Positions 1-11,056 of a DNA stretch of 36,304 nt are shown one piece after another. This stretch comes from Pseudonocardiales bacterium. GTDB lineage: Bacteria; Actinomycetota; Actinomycetes; Mycobacteriales; Pseudonocardiaceae. The position numbers and the translations under genes were made by a program. The notes under the pieces are model-generated. The model did no database searches and had not been told where the DNA came from. It saw only the letters and a list, made by a program, of their open reading frames with translations. The stretch is from positions 1-36,304 of the forward strand of contig JAODNG010000408.1 of NCBI GenBank assembly GCA_025465385.1. The letters are read 5' to 3'. Each line of letters opens with the position of its first letter. The stretch's first letter is position 1.

Positions 1-2
1 GC

Positions 3-959
3 TACGACCTGGTCGGAGTACCCGAACTGGTCGCGCAGTCGCCGGACACCTGGGTGATCGGCGAGCTCGCCGACGTGGTGTCGATCGCCCGCTCGCTGGC
101 CGATGTCTGCGACCTGGAGGTGGTCCACGAGGTGCTCGACTCCACTGCCGGGTTCGCCATGCTCGACGGTGGCACGCTGGCCTTCAGCGGTCGGGACGGG
201 ACGCGGCACTGGGATGCGTTGTGCACCGTGATCGCGCAACGGTGGGATGAGGTGATCGATGCCGTCGACGGCGTGATTCGCAGCCCTGACGTCGACGCGG
301 CGGCGCTCGACGCGGCGGCGACCGAGCTCTCCGAGGCCGAGTCCGCGGTCGAGGCGCAGGAGACGGACCTGGCGGCTACCGCAGCCGAGACCGTCGGTGA
401 TCCTGCGCTGGCGTTCTGGTCGGAGGTCGGCATCGACCCGATCCGGATCATCAGTGATCTCGGTGATCACTACACGCTGCGCTGCTACCTCGACGACGCG
501 CCGGTCTTTCTCGGCAGCGGCGGACGCATCGACGTCTTCAGTTCGCCGCGTGCCCTGGTCCGCTACCTCACCGAACACCCGCAGGGCCACGACCTCGACG
601 CGGTGTCCACGTGGCCGCAGGTGACCAAGCGTGCCCAGGACCGTGAGCTTGTAGTGGCGGTTGACGACGGCAACACCTACGTGCTCGCCGGCTTGACCGA
701 CGACCTCGCCGGCGGTCCCGAGACGGTGGATCCCGGACAACTGGAGCTGGCTGTGGAACTGATCACCGACGCCGAGCGGTGGGCTGGCTCGGACGCCGCG
801 GACAAGGCGCTGGCCAGTTCGGAGCCACTGGGCTGGCTGGTCTCCTTCCTGGTGCGGCCGGACCCGACCCGGCTCGCGCCCAGCGCTCCCTTTGATGCCG
901 AAGCGGCCTCCTGGCGAAACCTCGTGGGCGGTTTCGAGGACCGGCTGCAGGTGCACTGA
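3..959 (+). CDS. conserved hypothetical protein, probably 5'-partial (frame open to the window edge; first in-frame GTG at 54)
   Basis: Frame 3 is open from nt 3 (YDLVGVPELVAQSPDTW-VIGELADV...) to TGA 957-959. The product is 301+ aa, acidic and Ala/Asp-rich but not low-complexity, with G/C-dominated third positions. No catalytic motif recognised. Confidence 0.6.
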   Translation, partial: YDLVGVPELVAQSPDTWVIGELADVVSIARSLADVCDLEVVHEVLDSTAGFAMLDGGTLAFSGRDGTRHWDALCTVIAQRWDEVIDAVDGVIRSPDVDAAALDAAATELSEAESAVEAQETDLAATAAETVGDPALAFWSEVGIDPIRIISDLGDHYTLRCYLDDAPVFLGSGGRIDVFSSPRALVRYLTEHPQGHDLDAVSTWPQVTKRAQDRELVVAVDDGNTYVLAGLTDDLAGGPETVDPGQLELAVELITDAERWAGSDAADKALASSEPLGWLVSFLVRPDPTRLAPSAPFDAEAASWRNLVGGFEDRLQVH

Positions 960-993
960 GTCTCAGGCGGTACGCCATAGTGCGATCTGGCCT

Positions 994-1024
994 GGGAGGT
1001 CACCACTGCGCAGCGTGGTCTCCC
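994..1024 (+). terminator. stem-loop downstream of the first CDS (possible intrinsic terminator, no U-tract)
   Basis: GGGAGGTCAC (994-1003) pairs with GTGGTCTCCC (1015-1024). That gives 10 bp including two G-U pairs and an 11-nt loop, starting 35 nt after the stop codon. Confidence 0.3.
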
Positions 1025-1137
1025 GGTTGCCGCAGCCGCTGCCGGGATGGTTAGGATTCGCGCCCACCAGGATCGGTCCGTTCCCCTTAGCGAAGGCCAA
1101 GCCCGTGACCAACACAGCGACGCAATCCTTCGATCGG

Positions 1138-2046
1138 ATGCGCAGCATGCTTGTGCGCGCCGCCGAGATCCGCGACAGCGAGCAGCAGCAGATCTTCGAC
1201 GCGCTGGACGAGATCCACGCCCGGCTGGCTCCGTTGGAGTCGCTGGGGTCTGTGCGCAAGCGGCTGTCGGAGATGCCGGACCGCACCGAGGTCAGCGTGC
1301 TGGCCGAACGGGTCGATGAAGCACTGTCGAAGCTGGAGGCTCAGGACAACGCCATCGCCGCGTTGTGCCGTGCCGTCGAGTCGATCGTGGACAAGCTCGC
1401 CACCCCGTTCGCCGAGCTCGGTGGACGGCTGGACGGGATGGCGGGCCGGTTCGAAGGCGTCGCCGGCCGGATGGACGGCCTGGAAGACCGGATCGCCGGG
1501 TTGCACAAGCGGATCGACGATCTGGATCACCACCTCGACCGGCAGGACGCCAGGCTCGATGGACTGCCTGCCGCCGTGCACGGACCGGTGCGCGAGCAGC
1601 TTGGCAGCACCGAGACCGGACTCCGTAGCCGGCTCGACGAGGTCGACAAGGGCGTGCACGAGTCGCTGGCGGGCGCGCTTGAGTCGGTCACCCATCGGCT
1701 CGACACTCTGTCCACCCGGCTCGATGGGTTGGAGGAAGGCGTCGGTGTCCGGATCGGCTCAGTCATCGAGCGCCTGGGGGTGCTCGATGGCGCGCTGGCC
1801 GACCGGCCCGATGTCGACTCGTTGTCCGGCCTGGTCCGGCAGGCGAACCAAGAGTCCGAGACCCGCTATACAGCCCAGTTGGACGAGGCGATGGCCACCT
1901 TCGCTGAAATCATCATGGGCGGTGGTGCGCCCGCTCCCCTCCCTGCCACCCCACCGCCGCCACCACGCCCAGCCCAGCGTCGGGTCCGCGCTCGCAAGGC
2001 GCCAGAGCCTGAGGAGAACGGCGTCGTCGTCGACGCCGCCTCGTGA
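1138..2046 (+). CDS. heptad-repeat coiled-coil protein with Pro-rich basic C-terminal tail (function unknown)
   Basis: The long ORF 892-2046 overlaps the preceding gene. Plausible starts are ATG 1138 (MRSMLVRAAEIRD...) or GTG 1105, which has GAAGG 10 nt upstream. Tandem heptads run from about nt 1423 (GRLDGMA GRFEGVA GRMDGLE DRIAGLH KRIDDLD HHLDRQD ARLDGLP), followed by more (HRLDTLS TRLDGLE ...). The tail reads APAPLPATPPPPPRPAQRRVRARKAPEPEE. Confidence 0.7.
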   Translation: MRSMLVRAAEIRDSEQQQIFDALDEIHARLAPLESLGSVRKRLSEMPDRTEVSVLAERVDEALSKLEAQDNAIAALCRAVESIVDKLATPFAELGGRLDGMAGRFEGVAGRMDGLEDRIAGLHKRIDDLDHHLDRQDARLDGLPAAVHGPVREQLGSTETGLRSRLDEVDKGVHESLAGALESVTHRLDTLSTRLDGLEEGVGVRIGSVIERLGVLDGALADRPDVDSLSGLVRQANQESETRYTAQLDEAMATFAEIIMGGGAPAPLPATPPPPPRPAQRRVRARKAPEPEENGVVVDAAS

Positions 2047-2082
2047 GTGGTAACCAGTGCTATAACACTGTTTCCCACTCAC
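2043..2082. terminator. composite hairpin between convergent genes (possible bidirectional terminator)
   Basis: GTGAGTGG (2043-2050) pairs with CCACTCAC (2075-2082), and an inner stem pairs CAGTG (2055-2059) with CACTG (2066-2070) around an AT-rich loop. The structure spans the stop of the coiled-coil gene and the stop of cdd. Confidence 0.4.
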
Positions 2083-2495
2083 AAGCTGAAGGCATCCGGT
2101 AGCAGGTCGCCCACTGGGCGGATGCCGTGTGGCGTGTCCACCAGGCAGCTCGGTCCGCCGAGCTCGTGGAGCAGCTGACGGCAACGTCCACACGGCATCA
2201 GCAGATCGCCGGTGCCGGAGCGGCAGGCCACCGCCACGAACCGGCCCCCACCTGACAGCCGCAGCTGCCCGGCCATCGTGCATTCCGCGCAGAGGGTCAG
2301 CCCGTAGGAGGCGTTCTCCACGTTGCAGCCGGTCACCATCCGGCCGTCATCGCACAGCCCGGCCGCGCCCACCTGCAGCCGCGAGTAGGGGCAGTAACTG
2401 AGCGCTGCGGCCTGCACCGCAGCGCAGCGCAGCGCGTCCCAGTCGATGTCCCTACCGGTGTCCCGGTTGGTGTGGCTGTTCACCCTGATGAGCAT
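2079..2495 (-). CDS. cdd: cytidine deaminase
   Basis: 138 aa. Zinc-binding signature C-A-E (LTLCAECTMAG) and PCGRCRQ (LLMPCGRCRQLLHE). The N-terminal region ...AALSYCPYSRLQVGAAG is typical of homotetrameric Cdd. Alternative GTG start at 2483. Confidence 0.9.
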   Translation of the reverse strand: MLIRVNSHTNRDTGRDIDWDALRCAAVQAAALSYCPYSRLQVGAAGLCDDGRMVTGCNVENASYGLTLCAECTMAGQLRLSGGGRFVAVACRSGTGDLLMPCGRCRQLLHELGGPSCLVDTPHGIRPVGDLLPDAFSL

Positions 2496-2544
2496 CCCCT
2501 ACCGGATCCTCACTCGCCGTCCGACTAACCTTCGCCGGGTGCGG

Positions 2545-3759
2545 ATGGTCCGATCCCGATTACTTGCTGCGCTGGTCGTTGCTCTCGGTGCAATGACCCT
2601 GCTCGGCGCGACACCCAGTGCAGCGCAGTCCGCGTGCTCCCCGCAGGTCGTCCCGCCGCCACCGGTCGACTCCTCAGAAGCCCCGGCTCCGGGTACTGCA
2701 CTTCCGCCGCCGATGTCGGTTCCCCACCGTCCTGTGGGGGGCCCCCGGATGGGCGAGTGCGGGCTGGTACTGCCCGCCGGTGCGCCCGCCCCCCCGGCGG
2801 GGATCAGCGCGATGTCCTGGCTGATCGCTGATGCTGACTCCGGTGACGTGCTCGCCGCCAAGAACCCCCACGCGCGCAACCGTCCGGCCTCGACGCTGAA
2901 GTTGTTCACCGCCCTGCTGGCCGCCGATCAGCTTCCCACCGATCGGGTCGTAGTCGGCACGCAGGCTGATGCCGACCAGGACGGCAGCCGCGTCGGCATC
3001 GGACCGGGCGGCCGCTACACCGTCCGGCAGCTGCTCACCGCCTTGTTCCTGGTGTCCGGTAATGACGCCGCCCATGCCCTGGCCGGTCAGCTGGGCGGGG
3101 TCACCGCGACCGTCGAGCAGATGAACGAGTTGGCCGCCCGGCTGGGTGCGCTTGATACCCGCGCCGCGACCCCGTCCGGATTGGACGGCCCGGGCATGAG
3201 CGCGTCAGCCTACGACCTGGCGTTGGCCTTTCGTCAGGTGCTGAGCCGACCGCTGCTGGTGGAGCTGATGGGAACCAGGCAGGCGAACTTTCCCGGCTAC
3301 GGCAAGCGGCCCGGGTTCGTGGTGAGCAACGACAACAAGCTGCTCAGCACCTACCCGGGCGCGATGGGCGGCAAGACCGGGTTCACCGACGACGCCCGGC
3401 ATACTCAGCTCGACGCCGCCCAGCGCGGCGGCCGGCGCCTGATCGTGGTGCTGATGCGCGGTGAGCAGCGGCCGGTGTCGATGTCAGAGCAGGCGGCCAG
3501 GCTCCTCAACTACGGATTCGCACTTGCTCCCGGTCGTCCAGTCGGTCAGCTGGTGGACCAGGCTCCCCCAGCCGAAACCGAGACCGGGCCGGACGGGGTT
3601 CCCGGTCCGCCAGGTGCCGGTGTGAACGCCGCGTCCCGGAACTCGACGGCCGGATTCGACCAAGGTGGCGCGCTGCTCCCGGTGACGCTGTGGATCGGCG
3701 TGGCGATCGCTGTGCTCGCGGCACTCGGTGCACTGGTCTGCCGCAAGCGTCACCGCTAG
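2545..3759 (+). CDS. D-alanyl-D-alanine carboxypeptidase (serine-type low-MW PBP), secreted with C-terminal membrane anchor
   Basis: SxxK (ASTLKLF), SxN (VSGND) and KTG (GKTGFT) motifs in the correct order. Signal-like N-terminus MVRSRLLAALVVALGAMTLLGA from ATG 2545. The track start at 2446 would overlap cdd. C-terminal TM segment LLPVTLWIGVAIAVLAALGALV. Confidence 0.88.
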   Translation: MVRSRLLAALVVALGAMTLLGATPSAAQSACSPQVVPPPPVDSSEAPAPGTALPPPMSVPHRPVGGPRMGECGLVLPAGAPAPPAGISAMSWLIADADSGDVLAAKNPHARNRPASTLKLFTALLAADQLPTDRVVVGTQADADQDGSRVGIGPGGRYTVRQLLTALFLVSGNDAAHALAGQLGGVTATVEQMNELAARLGALDTRAATPSGLDGPGMSASAYDLALAFRQVLSRPLLVELMGTRQANFPGYGKRPGFVVSNDNKLLSTYPGAMGGKTGFTDDARHTQLDAAQRGGRRLIVVLMRGEQRPVSMSEQAARLLNYGFALAPGRPVGQLVDQAPPAETETGPDGVPGPPGAGVNAASRNSTAGFDQGGALLPVTLWIGVAIAVLAALGALVCRKRHR

Positions 3760-5744
3760 ACGCGATCCGGTAAACCATCGAGTTCGGTGCCGTCGAGATA
3801 GGCCCGGGCTTGCAAGGTGAACAGTTCGGCGTACCCGCCGCCGCGGGCCATCAGTTCCTGGTGGGTGCCCTGCTCGGTGATGCGGCCGCGGTCCAAGACG
3901 ACGATCTGGTCGGCGTGGCGAACGTTGGCCAGCCGGTGAGTGATCAGCACGGTGGTCCGATGAGCCGCGGAACCGTTGCCCGCTGCGGCACCGGTCTGCC
4001 GCAGCGACTGAAAGGATTGGAACACCGCGTGCTCGGCACGGGCGTCCATCGCGGCGGTGGGCTCATCGGCGACGAGCAGGGGGGCATCCCGGTAGAGACC
4101 ACGGGCCACACTGATCCGCTGCCACTGCCCACCGGAGAGGTCGCATCCGTTCTGGAACTCTCGGGAAAGCACGCTGCCCCAGCCGCCCGGAAGGTCGGCG
4201 ACGACGGCGTCGGTGCCGGAGTCGAGCGCGGCGGCGGCCAGCACGCTGCCGTCTGGATCAGGGCGTTCCAACCGGCCGATGCGAACGTTGTTCTCGGCGG
4301 TCATCGGCCACTCGACGGGGTTCTGCAAGACGACGGCGACTTTAGAGTGCAGCTCACGCTGGTCGACCTTGGCGATGTCCACGCCGTCCCAACTCACCTG
4401 TCCCTCATCGGGCAGGTAGAGGCCGGTGATCACTTTGGCGAGGGTGGACTTACCCGAGCCGTTTTCTCCCACCAGGGCGACGACCTGGCCGCGCCTGATC
4501 GTCAAATTGATCCGATGCAGGGCTGGCTCGTCCTTGCCGGGGTAGCTGAAGGACACCTCACGTAACTGGATGAGCTGTGGATCGCGCGGCAGTCGCAGCA
4601 GGGCCGCGGGCCGGTGGTAGCCGCGGGCCTGGGCCAGACAGCTTGTCAGCATGTCGAGATAGAAGCTGTGCTCGAAGAGCCGGTTGGCCGAGAACACCGT
4701 GGTGGACACCGCCGTGCTCGCGGTGCGCATCGCGACCGCAGCCGCCCCGGCCAGGGCCAGCGGCATTTCCCCGGTGTAGAGCAGCGCGCCGAGCACCCCG
4801 TAGGCCAGCGCTGTGCCGATCCCTGCCAGAGCCCGCCCGACCAGCCGGATCGCGGTCTTGCGGTGTTCGACCCGAAGGGCCTCGGTGGTCACTCGGGATC
4901 CGATGCGACGGTGCTCGCCCAGCAGGGTGTCCTGGGTGGTGAAGGCTCGGACCTCGGCTGCCTGGCGCCGGCTGGTGATCATGTTGCCGGTGATCCCAAG
5001 CCGTCGCGTGCATGAGACCATCCGCACGAACGACTCGTAGGACAGCATCGCGGACCGCACGCTGGCCCAGCCATTGGGCGCCGCGGCCAGGAGCACCACC
5101 GGTGCGAGTACGGGGCTGAGCAGTCCGGCGGTGACGACCGCGGCGGTGAGCGAGATCGTCGAGCTGAGCAGGTTCCCGGCGTCGGTCACCCCCTGGCGGA
5201 CGCTGGAAATTCCCCGTCCGGACGTCCGACGCACCAGCTCCACGAAATCCGCGTCGTCGAAGGCAACCAGCTCCGTCCCGATCACCGCGGCATGCAGCTC
5301 GTCCTGAGCCCGCAGCTCCACCCGCGGAGCCAGCACCGCTTCAACGGCGCCGACCGCCGCGTCCAGCAGCCCCCGAGCCGCGTAGGAGGCCATCGCCAGC
5401 ATCAGCGCGGGGAGCGCCGCCAGCACCCGCTGCGGAGTCGGGCCCTGCTGCAGCAGCTGGGTGAACACGTTCGCCGTCGCCAACAACCCGAACGCCGTTG
5501 CACACCCCGACACCAGCTGGACAACGGCTGCCAGCAACGTCAATCGCGGCGAGGTCTGCCAAGCTAGACGCACCAGGACGCGCAATGCCACCGGTGCCGC
5601 ACGCAGCATCCGACCGGCGCTCGAACCGGCTATGTCCTCGCCGACCTTCGCCCACCACGGAGTCGTGAGGTCGTCGACGCCGATCAGCGTCGGCGTGCCC
5701 GGATTGGGTGAGGTTGGGCTTGCGGTACGCCGGAATCTCATCAT
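3756..5744 (-). CDS. fused permease/ATPase ABC exporter (type I exporter half-transporter)
   Basis: 662 aa. The N-terminal half is hydrophobic with multiple TM segments. The C-terminal half carries Walker [13 protein letters not shown] signature LSGGQWQR, Walker B LLVADEPT and H-loop LITHR. Confidence 0.9.
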   Translation of the reverse strand: MMRFRRTASPTSPNPGTPTLIGVDDLTTPWWAKVGEDIAGSSAGRMLRAAPVALRVLVRLAWQTSPRLTLLAAVVQLVSGCATAFGLLATANVFTQLLQQGPTPQRVLAALPALMLAMASYAARGLLDAAVGAVEAVLAPRVELRAQDELHAAVIGTELVAFDDADFVELVRRTSGRGISSVRQGVTDAGNLLSSTISLTAAVVTAGLLSPVLAPVVLLAAAPNGWASVRSAMLSYESFVRMVSCTRRLGITGNMITSRRQAAEVRAFTTQDTLLGEHRRIGSRVTTEALRVEHRKTAIRLVGRALAGIGTALAYGVLGALLYTGEMPLALAGAAAVAMRTASTAVSTTVFSANRLFEHSFYLDMLTSCLAQARGYHRPAALLRLPRDPQLIQLREVSFSYPGKDEPALHRINLTIRRGQVVALVGENGSGKSTLAKVITGLYLPDEGQVSWDGVDIAKVDQRELHSKVAVVLQNPVEWPMTAENNVRIGRLERPDPDGSVLAAAALDSGTDAVVADLPGGWGSVLSREFQNGCDLSGGQWQRISVARGLYRDAPLLVADEPTAAMDARAEHAVFQSFQSLRQTGAAAGNGSAAHRTTVLITHRLANVRHADQIVVLDRGRITEQGTHQELMARGGGYAELFTLQARAYLDGTELDGLPDRV

Positions 5745-5788
5745 GGCCTCCCAGCGGAAAGCATGCCTGCCGCGCTAGCGTGCGTCTC

Positions 5789-7066
5789 GTGAGTAACAGC
5801 ACCGATGTCCGGGCGGGGATCGTGGTCACCGGGACGGAATTGCTCACCGGCCTGCTCACCGACCGCAACGGTCCGTGGTTGGCCCAGCGGCTAGGTGAGT
5901 TGGGCGTCGAGGTAGCGCACCTGCTACTGGTCGGGGATCGGCCGGCGGATCTGGCCGCGGCTCTGCGGTTCCTCGCTGATCAGGGCATCGAGCTGATCGT
6001 CACCAGCGGTGGGCTGGGCCCGACCGCGGACGACGTGACCGCCGAGGTAGTCGCCGGATTCGCCGGGGTGGAACTCGAGCTCGACGAGCTGATGGAACAG
6101 CGGATCGCCGCGATCCTCGCTCGGTTCCGCCGCCTGTCGGGCTTCGATCCGGCAGGATTGCTGGCGGCGAATCGCAAGCAGGCGATGGTGCCCCGCGGCG
6201 CGCAGGCGCTTGACCCGGTGGGTACCGCACCCGGGCTGGTGGTACAGGTCGACGGCGGACCCACCGTGATCGTGTTGCCGGGACCGCCCCGAGAGCTGCA
6301 GACGATGTGGCCTACGGCCCTGGCCACCCCGGCCGTCAAAGCCGTGTTGGCCCGAACCCGGCCCTTCGAGTCCGCGCAACTGCGGCTGTTCGGGCTGCCC
6401 GAGTCGCAGATCGCGGTGACCCTGCGCGAGGTGGGCGAGACGCTGGACCTTACGCCGCTGGAGATCACCACCTGTCTGCGGCGCGCGGAACTGGTGATCG
6501 ACATCCGGCATCGGCCCGGTGCCGAGGCGATCCGCGATGCGCTCGTGGAACAGATCCGCGCCAGGCACGCCCGGTACCTGTTCTCGACCGACGGCGCGTC
6601 GCTGGACCAGCAGCTCGCCAGCCTGCTGCGGGGACGGCGGATCGGGACCGCGGAATCCTGCACTGGTGGCCTGCTCGCCGCCCGGCTGACGGAGCAACCG
6701 GGGTCGTCGGACTACGTCGCCGGCGGCGTGGTCGCCTACTCCAATGCCGCGAAGACCGAGCTGCTGGGCGTGGCGCCGGAACTGATCGAGCAGCACGGCG
6801 CGGTGTCACCGGAGGTCGCCCGGGCGTTGGCCGACGGGGCCCGGGACCGCTTCAGCGCCGACATCGGCGTAGGCATCACCGGGGTGGCCGGCCCCGGTGG
6901 CGGTACCGAGGCCAAGCCGGTCGGTTATGTGTGCGTGTGCGTCACCACCAGCGACGGCACGGCGCTGGCAAGCGACCCGGTGCTACCCGGCGACCGCGCC
7001 GAGATCCGCGATCGGTCTGTGACCGTCGCGATGCACCTGGTCCGGCGAATGCTGGCTACCGGTTGA
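5789..7066 (+). CDS. cinA: CinA-family protein (MoCF-type N-domain + nicotinamide-nucleotide amidohydrolase C-domain)
   Basis: N-domain [32 protein letters not shown] and C-domain [16 protein letters not shown]...GVAGPGGGT. The track start at 5708 overlaps the divergent ABC gene, so GTG 5789 (or GTG 5780) is more plausible. Confidence 0.87.
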   Translation: MSNSTDVRAGIVVTGTELLTGLLTDRNGPWLAQRLGELGVEVAHLLLVGDRPADLAAALRFLADQGIELIVTSGGLGPTADDVTAEVVAGFAGVELELDELMEQRIAAILARFRRLSGFDPAGLLAANRKQAMVPRGAQALDPVGTAPGLVVQVDGGPTVIVLPGPPRELQTMWPTALATPAVKAVLARTRPFESAQLRLFGLPESQIAVTLREVGETLDLTPLEITTCLRRAELVIDIRHRPGAEAIRDALVEQIRARHARYLFSTDGASLDQQLASLLRGRRIGTAESCTGGLLAARLTEQPGSSDYVAGGVVAYSNAAKTELLGVAPELIEQHGAVSPEVARALADGARDRFSADIGVGITGVAGPGGGTEAKPVGYVCVCVTTSDGTALASDPVLPGDRAEIRDRSVTVAMHLVRRMLATG

Positions 7067-7235
7067 GTGCCTGCCGGTCTGACTTGCTTTTCACGGCGGC
7101 GTAGGCGGCCGACCCGACGAACAGCACCGCACCGATAACCAGCGCCCAGATGAGGAACTTGAACACGACGCCCAACACCATGAACCCGATCCAGATCAGC
7201 GCGATGATCCCGAGCACCTTGAGCAGGGTCTGCAT
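7056..7235 (-). CDS. small (59 aa) two-TM membrane protein, not in the supplied ORF track
   Basis: Read by hand as ATG (7235-7233) ... TAG (7058-7056): [59 protein letters not shown]. 54 of 59 codons end in G/C. AGGAG lies about 8 nt upstream (ctAGGAGaccaccATG). The gene overlaps the cinA 3' end by 11 nt in convergent orientation. Confidence 0.6.
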   Translation of the reverse strand: MQTLLKVLGIIALIWIGFMVLGVVFKFLIWALVIGAVLFVGSAAYAAVKSKSDRQALNR

Positions 7236-7371
7236 GGTGGTCTCCTAGCGACACTGGGTAGGTCCGGTTTGTGAGGACCGTTCCTTCAGTACACACCTAA
7301 CCCAGGCGTGCGCGCATCGGGGTAAACCCCGGCCCGCTAGGTCAGGGTTTGATGGCGGGCACACAACGCCA

Positions 7372-8349
7372 CTAGCGCGGGACGTCCGGACGCGACCCGA
7401 CCACGACCTCGGGGACGCTCGCGCCAGCCTCCGCGGATGCCAGGTCTACCTGCGGTAGGTTCTTTGTAACCACGGCAGCCCACGCGGTGACGAAAAGTAG
7501 GAACCGGGAGACGAAGTAGGCGAACACCATCAGGCCGATCACCGGGCCGAACAGTTGCCCGGTGGGGCTGTTGGTGACGCTGTCCAGGTAGATGGCAAAT
7601 GCCTGTTTCAGCACCTCGAAGCCGACCGCCCCCAACCACGCGGCGCGGGTCGCGCTGCGCAGCGGTACCGGCTCCCGCGGCAGCCGCGCGATCACCCAAA
7701 GGAATACCAACCACATGCCGGCCACCGACGCCGCCACGGCGAGGGCGACGAGCACCAGCCGGGCACCGGGGATCTGCCCCAGTCCTAACGCGTTGAGCAC
7801 GACGCTGGCGAACGCGGTGCCGATACCGGTCAGCGCGAAGGACGCCATCAGCGCCAGTCCCAGGCCGAACAACGCCAGCAGGTCAAAGACCTTTGTGCGT
7901 AGGAAGCCGTCCGATTCGGACGGCTGCTCTCCCGTCCATTGGGCGGTGAGCGCCTCGCGGAGGTTGCCCATCCAACCCAGCCCGGAGTACAGCGCTCCGA
8001 CTAGACCTACGATCCCCACGCCTCTGCGTGATCTGATCGCCCCTTCAACGACCTGGTCGAGAGTCGCACCCAATCCCGCCGGCGCCGCGGAGTGGATCTG
8101 ATCCTGTAACTGGTGAAACAGTTGCGGGTCATCGGCGAGCACGAAACCCGCCGCCGCAAAGGCAATCATCAACAGCGGCACCAGCGAGAGCACACTGAAA
8201 AATGTGATCGCCGCGGCGTAATGGTCGCCGTGGTTGGCGGTGTAGGACTGGCCGGCGCGTACTAAATGGTCCAACCAGGAGTAACGCAGCCGGTATCGCT
8301 GCAGCAGGGATGGCTTGGCGTCCGTCTGCTGTGGACTGGTTCCCCGCAT
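7372..8349 (-). CDS. YihY/BrkB-family integral membrane protein
   Basis: 325 aa polytopic membrane protein. Family-typical N-terminus ...LVRAGQSYTANHGDHYAAAITFFSVLSLVPLLMIAF. Confidence 0.82.
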   Translation of the reverse strand: MRGTSPQQTDAKPSLLQRYRLRYSWLDHLVRAGQSYTANHGDHYAAAITFFSVLSLVPLLMIAFAAAGFVLADDPQLFHQLQDQIHSAAPAGLGATLDQVVEGAIRSRRGVGIVGLVGALYSGLGWMGNLREALTAQWTGEQPSESDGFLRTKVFDLLALFGLGLALMASFALTGIGTAFASVVLNALGLGQIPGARLVLVALAVAASVAGMWLVFLWVIARLPREPVPLRSATRAAWLGAVGFEVLKQAFAIYLDSVTNSPTGQLFGPVIGLMVFAYFVSRFLLFVTAWAAVVTKNLPQVDLASAEAGASVPEVVVGSRPDVPR

Positions 8350-8379
8350 GCACTCCTACGCTAGTCAGGCAATCCTCGG

Positions 8380-9450
<1,071 letters not shown>

Positions 9451-9765
9451 TCAGCCGCAGTCACTGTCCGCCGTCGGATCGAGGAAATCCTGCGCGGCCC
9501 AACGGCCCGGCCCGAGCTCGCGGAAGCCATTGCGAGTAACCCGGTCGGCGGACACCACCGCGCCCTTGTCAAACGTATCCACCACCGGTGCACCGCCGTC
9601 GGGACTCGATCGCACATTAAGCAAGTCCGCGGTGACCGTGACCGTGCACGGACCCGCACCGTTGCTGGTACTGGTGCTGCCAGGGTTGTTGCGGCTGTGT
9701 TCGGAGATCAGCAGCAGTACGCCCACCAATACGACTCCTAAGATGATCCACCGCTGCCTGGTCAA
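9451..9765 (-). CDS. membrane-anchored bacterial SH3-like domain protein
   Basis: 104 aa. N-terminal TM segment (WIILGVVLVGVLLLI) followed by an SH3b-like segment (VTADLLNVRSSPDGGAPVVDTFDKGAVV...RWAAQDFL). Confidence 0.6.
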   Translation of the reverse strand: MTRQRWIILGVVLVGVLLLISEHSRNNPGSTSTSNGAGPCTVTVTADLLNVRSSPDGGAPVVDTFDKGAVVSADRVTRNGFRELGPGRWAAQDFLDPTADSDCG

Positions 9766-9771
9766 ACCTAC

Positions 9772-11022
9772 CTACCTACTTTCCACCGGCGACGCTGTGA
9801 CGATCTCATACATGGCGTCCTGCAATCCCCGGTCGAGCTCATCGAGGAAGCCCTCGGTGGTCAGGAACGGGGTTTCCGGGCCGACCAGCAATGCCAGATC
9901 CTTGGTCATCTTGCCGCTCTCGACGGTGCCGATGCAGACTCGCTCCAGGGTCTGCGCGAACCGGGTTACTTCGGGAGTCGAATCCAGGGTGCCACGGTGG
10001 CGCAGGCCACCGGTCCAGGCGAAGATCGACGCGATCGGGTTTGTCGAGGTGGGCTTGCCCTGCTGATGCTGCCGGTAATGCCGTGTGACGGTGCCGTGTG
10101 CGGCCTCCGCCTCGACGGTCCGGCCATCCGGAGTCATCAGCACGCTGGTCATCAGACCCAGTGAGCCGTAGCCCTGCGCGATGGTGTCGGACTGCACGTC
10201 GCCGTCGTAGTTCTTGCAGGCCCAGACGTAGCCTCCGGGCCACTTCAGCGCGGCGGCCACCATGTCGTCGATCAACCGGTGCTCGTAGTGCAGGCCGTGT
10301 TCCTCGAAGTCGGCTTTGAACTCCGATTCGTAGATCTCCGCGAACACGTCTTTGAACATGCCGTCGTATGCCTTGAGGATCGTGTTCTTCGTCGATAGGT
10401 AGACCGGATACTCACGAGCTAGCCCATAGCGCAGCGATGCTCTTGCAAAATCCTCGATGGATTTGCGGTGGTTGAACATCCCGACCGCGACGCCGCCATC
10501 CTCGCCGAACCTCGCTACCTCTATCTCCAGCGGTGCCCGGCCGTCGTCGGGAGTGTAGGTGATCGTCACCGTGCCTGGTCCTGGAACGGTGAAATCGCTG
10601 GCCATGTACTGGTCGCCGAACGCGTGCCGGCCAATGATGATCGGCTCGGTCCAGTGCGGCACGAGGCGCGGGACGTTGGAGCAGATGATTGGCTCACGGA
10701 AGATCACTCCGCCGAGAATGTTGCGGACCGTGCCGTTGGGTGAGCGCCACATCTTCTTCAGGCCGAACTCCTCGACCCGCGCCTCATCGGGTGTGATGGT
10801 GGCGCATTTGACCCCCACCCCGTGCCTGGCAATCGCATGCGCGGCGTCGACAGTGACCTGATCGTCAGTAGCGTCGCGGTGCTGGATGGCAAGGTCGTAG
10901 TAGTCGAGGTTGATGTCGAGGTAGGGCAGGATCAGTTTGTCCTTGATGAACTGCCAGATGATCCGGGTCATCTCATCGCCATCGAGCTCGACGACGGTTC
11001 CCACTACCTTGATCTTGTCCAC
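9772..11022 (-). CDS. icd: NADP-dependent isocitrate dehydrogenase (eukaryote-like subfamily II)
   Basis: 416 aa with a GTG start and cAGGAGAg upstream. [34 protein letters not shown] and ...NYDGDVQSD...GTVTRHYR are typical of subfamily II NADP-IDH. Confidence 0.92.
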   Translation of the reverse strand: MDKIKVVGTVVELDGDEMTRIIWQFIKDKLILPYLDINLDYYDLAIQHRDATDDQVTVDAAHAIARHGVGVKCATITPDEARVEEFGLKKMWRSPNGTVRNILGGVIFREPIICSNVPRLVPHWTEPIIIGRHAFGDQYMASDFTVPGPGTVTITYTPDDGRAPLEIEVARFGEDGGVAVGMFNHRKSIEDFARASLRYGLAREYPVYLSTKNTILKAYDGMFKDVFAEIYESEFKADFEEHGLHYEHRLIDDMVAAALKWPGGYVWACKNYDGDVQSDTIAQGYGSLGLMTSVLMTPDGRTVEAEAAHGTVTRHYRQHQQGKPTSTNPIASIFAWTGGLRHRGTLDSTPEVTRFAQTLERVCIGTVESGKMTKDLALLVGPETPFLTTEGFLDELDRGLQDAMYEIVTASPVESR

Positions 11023-11056
11023 GAGAACGGACTCTCCTGTCGCGAATTACCACCGA

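Noticed and set aside
6925-7296. 123-aa minus-strand ORF from the track spanning the cinA 3' end.
   Set aside because: Its translation is Arg-rich and featureless and overlaps cinA by about 140 nt. A different frame in the same region gives the GC3-rich, SD-preceded 59-aa membrane ORF at 7056-7235, which I prefer.
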